From Lama guanicoe (Eukaryota), in assembly GCA_013239625.1 (NCBI GenBank), contig MU054323.1:11677815-11741814 (forward strand): a stretch of 64,000 bases of DNA, given 5' to 3'. The notes beneath the pieces were generated by a model. It was not told where the DNA came from and did no database searches. It saw only the letters and a list, made by a program, of their open reading frames with translations. The first letter of the stretch is position 1. Every line of letters begins with the position of its first letter. Both the position numbers and the translations under genes were made by a program. This document shows positions 24,833 through 37,791 of this stretch, in pieces.

Positions 24833-26211
24833 AAAGAGTAAAGAAAATGTCTTGTAATGGCCTCCCAGTGAGAAGAGGCCTTGGACTTGCCTATCTTCAG
24901 ACACAGACCTGAGTCTAAGTTGGGAACAGTGGGGAGGGAGGAAGGCAGGTGGCTGGGGAAGGTGGACTCGGGGCCGGGGGGATCCATCGATTGGTGTGCT
25001 GCAGGGTCCGTGGGGGCAGGAGGGGCTTGGAGGGACCCAGGCAGAGAGGCAGGCAGTAGCGAGCACGGTCACCGCCAGAAGGAATGCGGTGGATGTCAGG
25101 GAGCAAAAGGACAATCATGTGTCTCTTCACAGGAAGGTGAGAAAGCAGAGAGCTTAGCAGAACCTCCTTGTCTCCACCAGAGAAGGGGCGAAAAGATGGA
25201 TGAGCAGAATGACCGAGAAGGTCGCACTGCCCGGGTTGTGCCAAGGGTCAGGCAGGACCCCGTGCTGGAGACGGCTTTCTGTTTCACACCCTGGGAAGGA
25301 ACGACATCCCAAGTCCCAGCTTTTGTGAGGTAAGTTATTCGGGGGCAAGCTGGTGCAGGAGGTACTGGGAGTTATCTGCTTAGAGAGCTTTTGGGGACAG
25401 GGACACTCTTCCTGCCTTAGAAGCGTCCAGCTGGGAGGCAGGTGTATGGCCGCACAGGGACCGGCAGTGTGCGCACATGTGGTGCTGGGAGAGCAGAGGG
25501 AGGGGGGCCTACACCTGGGGTGCTGATGAAGAAGGCTTTATGGAGAAGGAGGTGCTGAATCTCACAGGGTGAGGTAGGAACGGATGGATGGAAATGGGGT
25601 ACGGCATCCCCATCATGGCACAGTTCTGGGCCCTCAGGCTGGGTGCCGAGTGAATATTCTGTTCACAGAATACTGGCCTGGGTGTCTAAATACCACTGAC
25701 CATCTAGAGACAGTGGGCAAACCATCCATCTCTCCAGGCTGCTGTCTGCTCATCTGTAAAACAGCAGCTGGGCCCAAGGCTCTCCTGCTAAAGTTCTCAG
25801 AGCATCAGTTATCAGAAGCCTTGATTGTAGCTGACATCCAATAAGCGTGGTTGATTTGAACGAAATATCGCAAAGCGCATTCTACAGCTGAGGCTCCACT
25901 GTGTGGCTGGACACCAGATTTACTTTTCTAAGCCTCAGTTAGTTTTTTCATCTGGGAAGTGGAAACAACAATTTTGAACTTGTCGATTCCTCCCCTAGAT
26001 TATTACCATGCTAGGTAATAATTGATGCTTGACAAATAGTAACTACCAATGTTTTTAACATCAAGTTCAAATCCGAAGACTCCTCCTCCCAGTGGGTGGA
26101 GCCATATCTTGCATGGGCTGGAAAGGCATCTTTGGTGAGTGGTTCTGCCCTGTCCAATGGTGGGTGAGGGGCCCAGAGAGGCAAGAGGAGAATGGAGCAA
26201 AGAGTGAAGCA

Positions 26212-26432
26212 CCAGTGTTTTAAAGGCAGTAGGGCTGTGATGTCAAATCTGCTGAAAACTGGCTGTGGGCCCTTGGGCACGTCCTTTACATTTTCTGAGC
26301 TTCAATACTGTCACCTGTAAAATGAGCACAAATACCTCCTTTTCAGGCTTGTTTGTGAAGACTGCAGAGAATGCTGGCAAAACTCCTGGAGTTTCATAGC
26401 TGATGAGTAAATGATGGTGAGAATGATTATTA
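26212..26432 (+). mobile_element. MIR SINE
   Basis: ctggctgtgggcccttgggcacgtc...tctgagcttcaatactgtcacctgtaaaatgag...ggcttgtttgtgaagact. Confidence 0.65.
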
Positions 26433-29400
26433 TCACAACCATATAGTGGCTGGACCAGCCTCCAGGCAATGTTCAGTGCTTCTGGACTAGAACTACAAAG
26501 TCAGAGTTCAGAAAGGGAAGGGGCTTGGAGATGACCCAGTCCAATGTCCTAAACTGGGCAGAACTTGGTGGCATAACAGGCATGAGCTAGAGCCTGGGTT
26601 GCTATGCTCCTGGGCATGGCCCTCTCCAGCCTCATGCTCCTGGGGGATAAAGGACAGGGGGCTCTTCCTCGAGGCTGAGCAGAGTCCCATAAGCACCTCC
26701 CATGTGCAGAGGCCCAGGGAGGGCAGGCCGGCAGCAGGAAAGTGCCTCATAGCTCCAAGGCATGGGCATCCCCACTCCTGGCATTTGGCAGTATCTCCTC
26801 CGACTCACAGTTCACGGTGCCTGGACACATCCTTGTCTCCTCTGACCCTCACAACAGCCTCTGAGAACCTGTACTCCACAGATAAGAACAACTGAGGCTC
26901 AGAATCTCACTCAAGGTCACAAACCTGGTGAGTGGCTGAGATGAGTGGAGTTGTTTCCACGACTTCTAACATGGGGTTGGCCTCTACTGTCAGGCTGTGA
27001 ACTCACCCTGGTTACGGCACAGGAGTCCGAGGGGTTGATACTGGGCAGATCTGCCCTTCAAGGCCCAGGGGGACCACAGCCCTGCTTAGGGATGAGCCCT
27101 GCTCACTGACAGTAACAAGGCCATAGGGCCAGGAAAAAATCTTAACACTGGCTGCAGTGAGGAGAGTTGGCTTGGCCTGTTTATGGGCTTTCCGTGAGAG
27201 GATCTAAAAGATTCATCAAACAGTAGGATCTATTAGGGGCACCCGGGGAATGAAAAAGGCTGCCAACACTGAGATCTGGCGCCGGCAGACAGTCGAGCAA
27301 GCAGGTTGATAATTTATTAAAGATTCAGGGGTTTTACTGGAAAGAAGAGCTGGTAAGCAGGAAAGATGGGGGTGGGGGCGGAGCCAGGAGGAAGCGGGGG
27401 ACCACCGCTGTGTGCAGAGACAGATGCCAGCCCCAGGCTGCTGTCCTGACTGCCACAGCAGCTCCTGAATAATGCACGCTCCTCTGAGTTGATTTTCCAC
27501 ATGTAGTTTCATATTTTTTTAAAAGAAAGTTTCAACTAAGGTTTAATGCCCCCAAGTTCAGGTGGGTCCCACAGTGCCTCCTAACCATCAATTTTTCAAG
27601 TGTTCAGTGTCATTTATTGGCCGAGGATGCTTCCAGAGAGGTGTTCTTAGATGCTAACCCCTGGCACAGGGTGGAAGCTTCCGCTTCCATCTATTTCTGT
27701 CTCTCCACCAGCCAATCACTGCTCTGCCGCTCAGCACTGTCCCTGTACCTGAACAGGTGCCAACGCGGGCATATTGGAAACATACCAAGCGAAGATGGCT
27801 GTTAGTTATCAGAGAAATGTAATGCTGTGCACATGCCTTTTATTTTATTGCACAAGTTCATTAAACTGGCAGTGGCCCGTAAACAGAGCGTTATGATGAC
27901 CGCCATCATCCCCATTTTATCATTGGGCAACAGGGCTCCCGCTAGGCCAGTGGCGTGCCTGCTGGGGCTGTGACCCAGGTCCTCTACGTCCTATACCACC
28001 GGTCCTCCTCCTACAGCATGTCACCCTTACAGAAGAAAAGACGTGGTCCTAAATGATAAACATTCAGGATTTCATTCTGGAGTATAAACATTGGTGGGAG
28101 CAATGGAGAGGCACACTCGATAACTTGGAAGCAGAGAGGAGAGCGTCATTATTATTACTAGTATGTCCAGAAATGATAATGGCTCTGTATCTGGAAAGCA
28201 AACTCCTGAAGGGGGGGCTCTGGTGTCCTTCGAGCACAGACTGAGGGCAATCAGAGTAAAAGGAGAAGTCAGGCTAATACACAGCAGGACATAGTGGAAA
28301 TCAAACAGGCCTGGGGTGGTACCCTGGGCAGGCCCTTTCTCACTCAAGAGCTGGGCAGTGACTTCAGTGATGAAACTATCCACTTCAGGGAAGGTTTTTA
28401 AATGACTACTTAGTGATCCCTGCTGCCAGGTGCTGTACTGAGCATGTCGCATATTTAATACTCACAGTAACCCTGTGGGGGGTAGGGCACTGTTTAATGG
28501 ATTCACTCAAGAGGAGACTAAGGTGCAGGGAGATAAGTAACTCACTGCAGCTAGTGAGCCCAGGCCTGCTGCACATCCTTGTCACCAAGCCACCACCTCT
28601 CCATGCCAGCACTTTTCCAAGCACCAGTGTATCCGTAAGCTGCCAGCTGTCCCCAGGTCTACTCTGTGCCCTGCACACTGTGTAGACCCCTATGTGACTC
28701 ACACCACCCCAAGAAGCAGCCTCCACCGAGCTCTAGAACCCAGCAGTTGCAGCGACCAGCCCAGAAGGGAGGGACAGGCTGCCTGTGGTTCCTGGGTAGT
28801 GACAGGAAGACAGGGAAACCGCTGGCTGAGCTGCCAAGGGAACTTCCTATGAGGGGCTCCCACTTACTGCCCAGATGGAGCCTGCAAGGGTGGGTGCAGG
28901 GGTGATTTCAACAAGGTGCTGGGAAGCATGGTTTGTGAACCTCTGTTTCTAAATGGCAAGCTGCAGATCATTCTTCCTATTCCTGCAGGTCCAGCACCCA
29001 CTCCAGAGGCCAGACCCAGGCAGAGAAAACACATGGGTTATCTTCTCTGCATATACCATCTGCCTGAGCTCTAAAATCACAAAGGCCAAGGGAAACAGGT
29101 ATAAGATGTAAGGGGGGGTGGGGGGATGGGGCTGGTTTCCTGGGAGAACACTTTCCCCAAGGGAGTGACAATCTGGATTTCTGTGCAGGTGGGTGAGGCA
29201 CAGGCTTCTCTCCCTCCCTACTCCCATCATCTCTGTCTCACTGTGCCCTCGTGCTAGCACAGAAGAGGTCCCACTGAGACTACACTGCCACCAACACCCA
29301 CCCCAAAGCCAACGTGTGTGAGGAAGAAAGGTGTGAGGGGAAAATCTCTTGGACCAGTGATCTTTCCAGAATGTCAGTTCCCTCAGGACAGGGACCGTGA

Positions 29401-29965
29401 ACTTGCTGTCAGTTTTTAGAAGCCCAGATTTCGTTTTTTGGAGCTGAGAACACCTAATACATTCCCAGTTTAGTTCTACATAAGGAAGCCTGCTCTCAGC
29501 TTAGGAGAAAAGGAAGATGACTGAAAACTACAAAATGCCAAATCTGTGACTGGCCTTTCCATTCAAACTCGACTCTTCAGAAGAGAAAAACACAAGCAAT
29601 AGAAAAAGTATGACAGCTGTAAAACCAGAAATTCCTTTTAATCTCATTTCATGGGCAACACTGATACACTGTAAGGCATGAAATTTTTATTTCATGTCAA
29701 TTTCACTGGGATTTCACATGCAGATTAATTTGTTCATCCACATAAACATATACGGCTCCTGTTTTTTGCCTCAACAGCCACTCTCACTTAATATTATAGA
29801 AATCCTGCATCTTATAAAGACACTTAAATTAACGATGAGACCTGCTATTTCATTACACTGCCACATTTTGCATTGCTGAGCATGTTATTAAATTCTAGTA
29901 TCCTGGGAAGGGGATAAGTGGGCCAGGGCAGGGAAGTGAACTGCTTAGGAGCTTGGCTGGGCTCG

Positions 29966-30448
29966 GTGGTGGGTAGCTGATGGCCCCCAGTCCCCACCTC
30001 CTTGTGGAATCGCGTCCCTTTGAGTGTGGAATGAATCTGGTGACTTGCTTCTAAGGAACAGACTGCAGCTAGAGAGAGGAGATGTCACTCTTGTGATCAG
30101 GTCACAAAAGATAGCGACTTCTATCTTTTTGGTTTGTACGCTCTGCAGAAGCAAGCTGCCACAACGGGGAGTCCCACATGGCAAGGAACTAGGAGTGGCC
30201 TCTGGTCAACAGCCCCGGAGGGACTGAATCCTGCCAACAACCATGTCCGTGAGCTTGGAAGAGCCTTCTCCCTGACACTTACCCCGAGATGCCTGCAGCC
30301 CCAGCGGACACCTTGAACGCTGCCTGTGAGGAACCCTGAAGGAAAGGACCATTGAATTCCCGACCCACAGAAACTGTGAGATGATAAACATTATTTTAAG
30401 CCACTAAGTTTTATGGTAATTTGTTAAGCAGCACAGACAATGAATACA
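29966..30448 (+). mobile_element. Solo MaLR LTR (MLT1E-like)
   Basis: cccacatggcaaggaact, ctgaatcctgccaacaaccatg, gagcttggaag, cccacagaaactgtgagatgataaac, ttttaagccactaagttttatggtaatttgttaagcagc and terminal aataCA. Confidence 0.85.
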
Positions 30449-32089
30449 GGAACGCTTAGCTCCTGAAAAAACAAGTCCCCCAGGGTTTCTCACTCTCCTA
30501 GGGTCCCAGGTAAATTCTCTCGGGTCCTTTATGGAAGAGCTATGCAGAGGCATCACGACTCCCCCACATGGAGCTCCAGAGCTCCCACTGGACCCTTCAT
30601 TCCTGCTCTAGTGGTCTCCATCCCTCAAGATGTTGCTGGGTATGGGAAGCCTTTGGTCCCTACATACAGATGAAAGTTCTTTAGAAGTACCTTTAGGGGT
30701 TGTTCTTATTTCTCCCATGGGTGGTGCATACCTAGGACCTTCCACATGCATACAAGAGAAGTTCATTCATTTCATGCAATGCATGTCGCAGGGCTTTAAG
30801 GCTTGATTCTCTTGCACAAGTGCAGTTAAGAAAGGTTGACCTAGATAGCATCACAGACGTTCCTCCATTCCATGAACACAAGGCCATTTGGCAAAGGACC
30901 TGGTCTCAGGGTGGGTCTGTTTAGGCCAAAGATACATTCACTTGTACCATCACCATGTTCTTGGTTCAATCTATCTGCAATTCACTTCCTGCTCCTCAGA
31001 GGACCTTTTGGACTTCTTAGCCACCTACTTCCAGTAGCATCAGATTTCTAAGAAAATCTCCATCTTGATAATTTTAGAGTACTTCCACTATGATTATTCA
31101 TTGCAGGCTGTATATTAAAATAATGACCCCAGAACTCAGCTCTGCAAGCTCATTTTACTGGCAATTTAAGGATGCCCCAACAAGTCTTTGCTGATAAACT
31201 GGGACGCTAACTGGGGAAGGCAGATACTATGATGTAAGGTGCCATGTTGTCTGGAGTCCCCTAAAGCCTCAGGCTTTGCCTCTATTTTGGCTCCATACAA
31301 ACTCCTGGGTTGCTGCAATACTGGACTGAAAGGGACCACAGAGATCATCTGGTTAGCCTGTCCCTATATTGTGAGCTGCTGGAAGTATCTCCAGAAATCT
31401 GTGCATGCTTTGTGAATAAAGTCTACAAGAGTCAAACAGGTTTGGCACATGAGAAATACTGGAAAAATACCAGATTACCATCTTGGTGATCCACCAATAC
31501 GCACTGACACATTAATGAGTCTCTTCCACTTCTGAGACTCCCACTAGCCCCTTGCTTACTAAGCTCTGACTGCAAACCCTGCCCGACAATCCCTTGCATA
31601 CGATGGACATTCAAATATTTACAGGATATACATTGACTCAAGCCTACCACTTAACATCCTACCAAACAGAATTTTGTAGGACACAGGTTTAAAAAACATT
31701 GATGCCAGCTGCTTCCTTTTTTAAAGATGTGCAAACTAAATCCCAGAAGAGTGAGTGAACTGACCTGCCAAGGTCACCCTGCTAATTATGGTGGTCAAGC
31801 TAAGATCTCCTAGCTCTTGGCTACTGAACTTGCTGTTTTCTTAAAACAATCAGGCTTGCGGGGTGGGGAGGAGTCATGTCAAATGGTTTAGAGAGGCCCT
31901 AGGCCCCAGTCCACATCGGGCTACTAGCCACCTCTGCTTTTCTGTCCCCTTGTGCCATCCTCCCCCCTCAAAATACTACCACCAAGGTCCCTATTACTTC
32001 TCTATGATGCTAGATCAGTCTTTATCTTGCTTGATATCTCTGTAGTAGCTAATGCTGAGGGTCATACATTTCATTAAATGTTTGATTCT

Positions 32090-33135
32090 TTGCTCCTGGC
32101 TTTGGTAAAATCACCCTAGAATGGCTCCCCTCTTCTTAGGCTGTTTCTTCTTGGTTTTCCTTTTCCTTCTTTCCTCTGAAACTTTGGTGTTTCCCTCGAT
32201 TCTCTCCTAAGCCATCCTCTTCTCAGTCTTCCTTCTCTTTAGATTATCTTACTTGTTTAGAAGTCCTTCAATTTCCCATCTGTTTGCTGATGACCCAACC
32301 CCTAACCTTCATCTGATGAGCATCTTCTCTTGAATGACCTCTTCATCCACTCTCTGCCTCCCACACTTCACCCAAGACTGCTGACCCTTCTGTGTTCCCC
32401 AGCTCACCATCTACCAGGTGCCCAAACCCAAGAGATATTCTCAAATCCTGCCTCTCCCTCCCTGACACACAATCTCACTAAACTGAGTCCTGTCAATCCT
32501 TCTTACTTATCTCTCCAACTGGTTGTTTCTCTGTATTCCCATCATGTCTTTGCTGGATTACTGCAGCAACTTTCTAGCTAACTTTATCCCTTCCAATCTA
32601 TTCTGCACGCAGCTAGAATGATCTTTCCAAATTGCCAATCTTTAACATGTTTCAACACTGCCCAGTTGCTCACAAAATAAAGTTAAAACTCCTAATCACA
32701 GCTTACCATCCTTAGTGACCTGGCACCATTTCTGACTTCTCCCTTCACATCCTCCAAGTTCTGGCCACATGCTGCCTCACCTGCTTTCTCCCTCTGGACC
32801 TCTGCAGGCACTGCCTCCCTCCCCTGCATCTGAAGTGCACTCTCCTCTCTTCCAAGACCTGACTATTTTCTCCTCTTCTCATCCTGGCTTGGAAGGTACT
32901 TCCCCTGGGAAGCATTTCTTGATCTCCCAAGGCATTTCTTATCTGCTCCCCCTAGGACCCTGCATTCACTCCATCACTGCAGTTTATTACAAGCATTGTG
33001 AACTACTTTTCTGTCTCTTCTACTGTGAGCTGCAATGAAGGCAAGGATATTCATAGTTATAACATCAGTACCTGGCACAATGGCCCAACACAGGAGACAA
33101 ACAATAATTGTTGGAATAATAAGTGGATGGATGAG
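32090..33135 (+). mobile_element. L2 LINE, ~1 kb 3' portion
   Basis: Pyrimidine-rich tract with L2 landmarks: catctgtttgctgatgac (RT YADD relic), ctggattactgcagcaac, ccttccaatctattctgcac, gtacctggcacaatgg and tail gtggatggatga. Confidence 0.7.
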
Positions 33136-33384
33136 TTGGGGAAAAAGCAGATGAAGCGTCCATGGGGGTAAAGCCAGAGGAGAAAATGCCAAGTTACAGG
33201 TTACACCAGCTCAAGGAGGCTGCAGAGTGGTAAGCTGTGTGAGGTGCCAAGATCAGTCATGCAGATGAGACCAAAGAAGTCACCAAAACTAAATATGGTG
33301 CCATGTGTGGAAGGCAGGGAGCCTTGGGCTAAGGTTGACCTGGGAGACATCTGGAACAGTTACCTGGTGTCTAGGGACAGCTCT

Positions 33385-35544
33385 GATGCATTCTCAGTCA
33401 CATTAAAAAGACTCGGTTGTGTTTAAAAGGCTGGGATGTTCCCCCTGTTTACCAAAGTCCCAGGGTTGAACAATGCTTCCTCATGCGAGATGGGAGAGAC
33501 TGAATCCTACCTGATAGGACTGCCAGACTATGGCTCAGACATACTTTTCTCTGAGACCTGCCCTGCCTAATATGGTAGCCACAAACCACATGTGGCTATT
33601 GAAACATTTGAGATGCATCAGAATGGAGAGATGCTGTAAGTATAAAATACACATGGGATTTCAAAATCTTCATATGATAAAGAACGTAAGATATCTCATC
33701 AGTAATTTTTTTACATTGACAATATGTCAAAATGATAATATTTGGGTATACTGGGTTAAATACTATTAAAATTAACTTCGCTTTAAAAATTTTACTTTTT
33801 AAAATGTAACTACCAGAAAATTTTAGATTACATATGTGGCTCACGTCTATTTCTATTGGACATTGATGTTCTAGGTCATTACTGAACCTAGCCTGTAAAT
33901 AATCCAATTTACAATTTCAACATTAGTGTCAGACAATAGTTTCTAGGTGTTGGATTCTTTCATAAGAGTAAAACAAAAGTTTAAAAAGTTATAGAGACCA
34001 TTACTAGGCTTGTAGCATTGTCTTTTGCAGCAAAGGTTATATTTTAAAAATCTCATCACCTAGCATCATTCTTATTTCATAAAAGAAAGGGTGTTTAAAC
34101 ACTAGAAAAGCACAATCTCCAAAGAATTAAAAGCACTATAAATTGTAAAATTAAGTTTTAAGAAAATCTCCCTCTCCCCAAACTCCATGAATCAGATCTG
34201 CACTAATTCACCTACTGGCATCTGAAAGTTCAGTTCAAGGGTTTGTCTCACTAAATTATGACGAGCCTGTGTTCGACCACCCTCTGCAGATAGCATGGGT
34301 ACTAAACCCAGAAGATAGGATATCTCCATGCTTTGCTTTGGAACCAGCAGCCCCAGCTCTGTTCCTGGTGCTACTGATGCTAACGAGCTGGTATAAGTTT
34401 TCCATCTCCAATCTCTGGCCTCGATATATCTCCTCATGCATTTCTGCTGCCCAAGCTGTCGCATGCAATCTGGGCTCAGAACACACAGCTGACTTGGAGA
34501 ATGCAGCTGCCTCTGGCTGCATTTTGACCTCCTAGGAATGAACATTGCTCCACTCTGCACCACCATGTTTTTCCAGACAACTAATTTCAATTTCTTGTTG
34601 ACCAGCCCCTTTGAAGTGAGTGGAACACTGAGGTTAGGTGGAAACCAGGGAGAAGTGCGCCTTTCCTCCATGGAGATCAGCTGCTCTTGGAAGTTGCCAA
34701 GAGGCTTCTCTCGGGACACTGCCAGGACCTGTTAGTTGGTATCAGGCACCACCCAGATGGCAGCTGTGTGCCTGTGGTGTGTGCATGTGTGTACACAGGG
34801 GAGAGTGTGCTCAAAAGGCAAAAGCTGGGACCAGGAAGTGTGGAGGTGGGCCAAGGCTCATTTTTGAAGTGTTTCTTGAAAAAGATTCCTCAGTGTCTGG
34901 GACTAGGGCTCCTTCAAGTCTTATTTTAGCCCTGCCTGAATCACATTACACAATAGTAATAACAGATAACATTTATCGAGCTCTTGCTATGTCTCAGGGA
35001 TTCTTCTGAGAGCTTTAAACCTGCGCGTTTTCTGAGGTAGGTGCTGAGTTCCCCTCTCTCGTGGAGAAGACTGTGAGGTCACAGTCAGCAAGCAGCAGAG
35101 CCTCGATGTCACACCAGTTCAGTCTCCTCTAGAACATCCCTGGATGGTCAGCCGACTCACTAGCTTGCAAACCTTTATTCCACATTGACCTTTCTCTCTC
35201 TCTTTGCTCTAGAAGTCTGCATGCTGGAAAGTTCTGGAGAGATGGAAAGTCACAAGTCTGGGCTGTCCCTTGCCTGCTAAGGAAGGATGTCTCCCCTGGA
35301 TCTTCCCTGAGCTACTTTCTGATATTTCTCAGACTTCCCAGCTACAGGATCAGAGAAGAGTCATTCCCTCCTCTTACCTAAAGAGGTAAATGTTCCTCAG
35401 ACTGAAGCAACTGAGATAAGGCCTGTAGCCTAGTAACTCCAGGGTTGTAGCCAGACCCACACACTGAACTCAGGAATGGTCTGGCTGAGGGCCAGGCATC
35501 CAACATCTCTTCTTCTCCAGGGGACTCACAACGGTGGGCCCTCT
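33385..35544 (+). repeat. Tandem duplication, copy 1 (X+A, 2160 bp)
   Basis: Directly visible: sequence from gatgcattctcagtcacatt repeats at offset 2161. The ORF track lists identical ORFs at 33530/35691, 34192/36353 and 34638/36799. Confidence 0.98.
33558..33868 (-). mobile_element. MER33 hAT-Charlie element (in duplication copy 1)
   Basis: About 310 bp, AT-rich; aatatggtagccacaaaccacatgtggctattga...ttacatatgtggctcacgtctatttctattggaca corresponds to reverse MER33 with degenerate TIRs. Confidence 0.85.
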
Positions 35545-35545
35545 A

Positions 35546-37790
35546 GATGCATTCTCAGTCACATTAAAAAGACTCGGTTGTGTTTAAAAGGCTGGGATGT
35601 TCCCCCTGTTTACCAAAGTCCCAGGGTTGAACAATGCTTCCTCATGCGAGATGGGAGAGACTGAATCCTACCTGATAGGACTGCCAGACTATGGCTCAGA
35701 CATACTTTTCTCTGAGACCTGCCCTGCCTAATATGGTAGCCACAAACCACATGTGGCTATTGAAACATTTGAGATGCATCAGAATGGAGAGATGCTGTAA
35801 GTATAAAATACACATGGGATTTCAAAATCTTCATATGATAAAGAACGTAAGATATCTCATCAGTAATTTTTTTACATTGACAATATGTCAAAATGATAAT
35901 ATTTGGGTATACTGGGTTAAATACTATTAAAATTAACTTCGCTTTAAAAATTTTACTTTTTAAAATGTAACTACCAGAAAATTTTAGATTACATATGTGG
36001 CTCACGTCTATTTCTATTGGACATTGATGTTCTAGGTCATTACTGAACCTAGCCTGTAAATAATCCAATTTACAATTTCAACATTAGTGTCAGACAATAG
36101 TTTCTAGGTGTTGGATTCTTTCATAAGAGTAAAACAAAAGTTTAAAAAGTTATAGAGACCATTACTAGGCTTGTAGCATTGTCTTTTGCAGCAAAGGTTA
36201 TATTTTAAAAATCTCATCACCTAGCATCATTCTTATTTCATAAAAGAAAGGGTGTTTAAACACTAGAAAAGCACAATCTCCAAAGAATTAAAAGCACTAT
36301 AAATTGTAAAATTAAGTTTTAAGAAAATCTCCCTCTCCCCAAACTCCATGAATCAGATCTGCACTAATTCACCTACTGGCATCTGAAAGTTCAGTTCAAG
36401 GGTTTGTCTCACTAAATTATGACGAGCCTGTGTTCGACCACCCTCTGCAGATAGCATGGGTACTAAACCCAGAAGATAGGATATCTCCATGCTTTGCTTT
36501 GGAACCAGCAGCCCCAGCTCTGTTCCTGGTGCTACTGATGCTAACGAGCTGGTATAAGTTTTCCATCTCCAATCTCTGGCCTCGATATATCTCCTCATGC
36601 ATTTCTGCTGCCCAAGCTGTCGCATGCAATCTGGGCTCAGAACACACAGCTGACTTGGAGAATGCAGCTGCCTCTGGCTGCATTTTGACCTCCTAGGAAT
36701 GAACATTGCTCCACTCTGCACCACCATGTTTTTCCAGACAACTAATTTCAATTTCTTGTTGACCAGCCCCTTTGAAGTGAGTGGAACACTGAGGTTAGGT
36801 GGAAACCAGGGAGAAGTGCGCCTTTCCTCCATGGAGATCAGCTGCTCTTGGAAGTTGCCAAGAGGCTTCTCTCGGGACACTGCCAGGACCTGTTAGTTGG
36901 TATCAGGCACCACCCAGATGGCAGCTGTGTGCCTGTGGTGTGTGCATGTGTGTACACAGGGGAGAGTGTGCTCAAAAGGCAAAAGCTGGGACCAGGAAGT
37001 GTGGAGGTGGGCCAAGGCTCATTTTTGAAGTGTTTCTTGAAAAAGATTCCTCAGTGTCTGGGACTAGGGCTCCTTCAAGTCTTATTTTAGCCCTGCCTGA
37101 ATCACATTACACAATAGTAATAACAGATAACATTTATCGAGCTCTTGCTATGTCTCAGGGATTCTTCTGAGAGCTTTAAACCTGCGCGTTTTCTGAGGTA
37201 GGTGCTGAGTTCCCCTCTCTCGTGGAGAAGACTGTGAGGTCACAGTCAGCAAGCAGCAGAGCCTCGATGTCACACCAGTTCAGTCTCCACTAGAGCATCC
37301 CTAGATGGTCAGCCGACTCACTAGCTTGCAAACCTTTATTTCACATTGACCTTTCTCTCTCTCTTTGCTCTAGAAGTCTGCATGCTGGAAAGTTCTGGAG
37401 AGATGGAAAGTCACAAGTCTGGGCTGTCCCTTGCCTGCTAAGGAAGGATGTCTCCCCTGGATCTTCCCTGAGCTACTTTCTGATATTTCTCAGACTTCCC
37501 AGCTACTGGATCAGAGAAGAGTCATTCCCTCCTCTTACTTAAGAGGTAAATGTTCCTCAGACTGAAGCAACTGAGATAAGGCCTGTAGGCTAGTAACTCC
37601 AGGGTTGTAGCCAGACCCACACACTGAACTCAGGAAGGGTCTGGCTGAGGGCCAGGCATCCAACATCTCTTCTTCTCCAGGGGACTCACAACGGTGGGCC
37701 CTCTGGAAGGTCCGAGCTGGGGAGGCAAGAAGCCAAGACTCCCCAGGCTTTCCTTCTAGACAGTCAGTCCATCCCAGAGGCAGTCCTGCA
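35546..37790 (+). repeat. Tandem duplication, middle copy (X'+A'+B', 2245 bp)
   Basis: Matches 33385-35544 up to 37704, then continues into the 86-bp B segment (37705-37790) that recurs at 37991-38076. Confidence 0.98.
35719..36029 (-). mobile_element. MER33 element (copy carried by the duplication)
   Basis: Identical to 33558-33868. Confidence 0.85.
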
Positions 37791-37791
37791 A

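Noticed and set aside
30540-31700. Possible very old LINE (CR1/RTE-type) relic
   Set aside because: Only a vague resemblance. I could not identify diagnostic motifs by eye, so it needs RepeatMasker.
34192-34719. 175-aa minus-strand ORF (also 36353-36880) as a duplicated gene
   Set aside because: Non-ATG start, no recognisable domain, intronic position. It appears twice only because of the tandem duplication.
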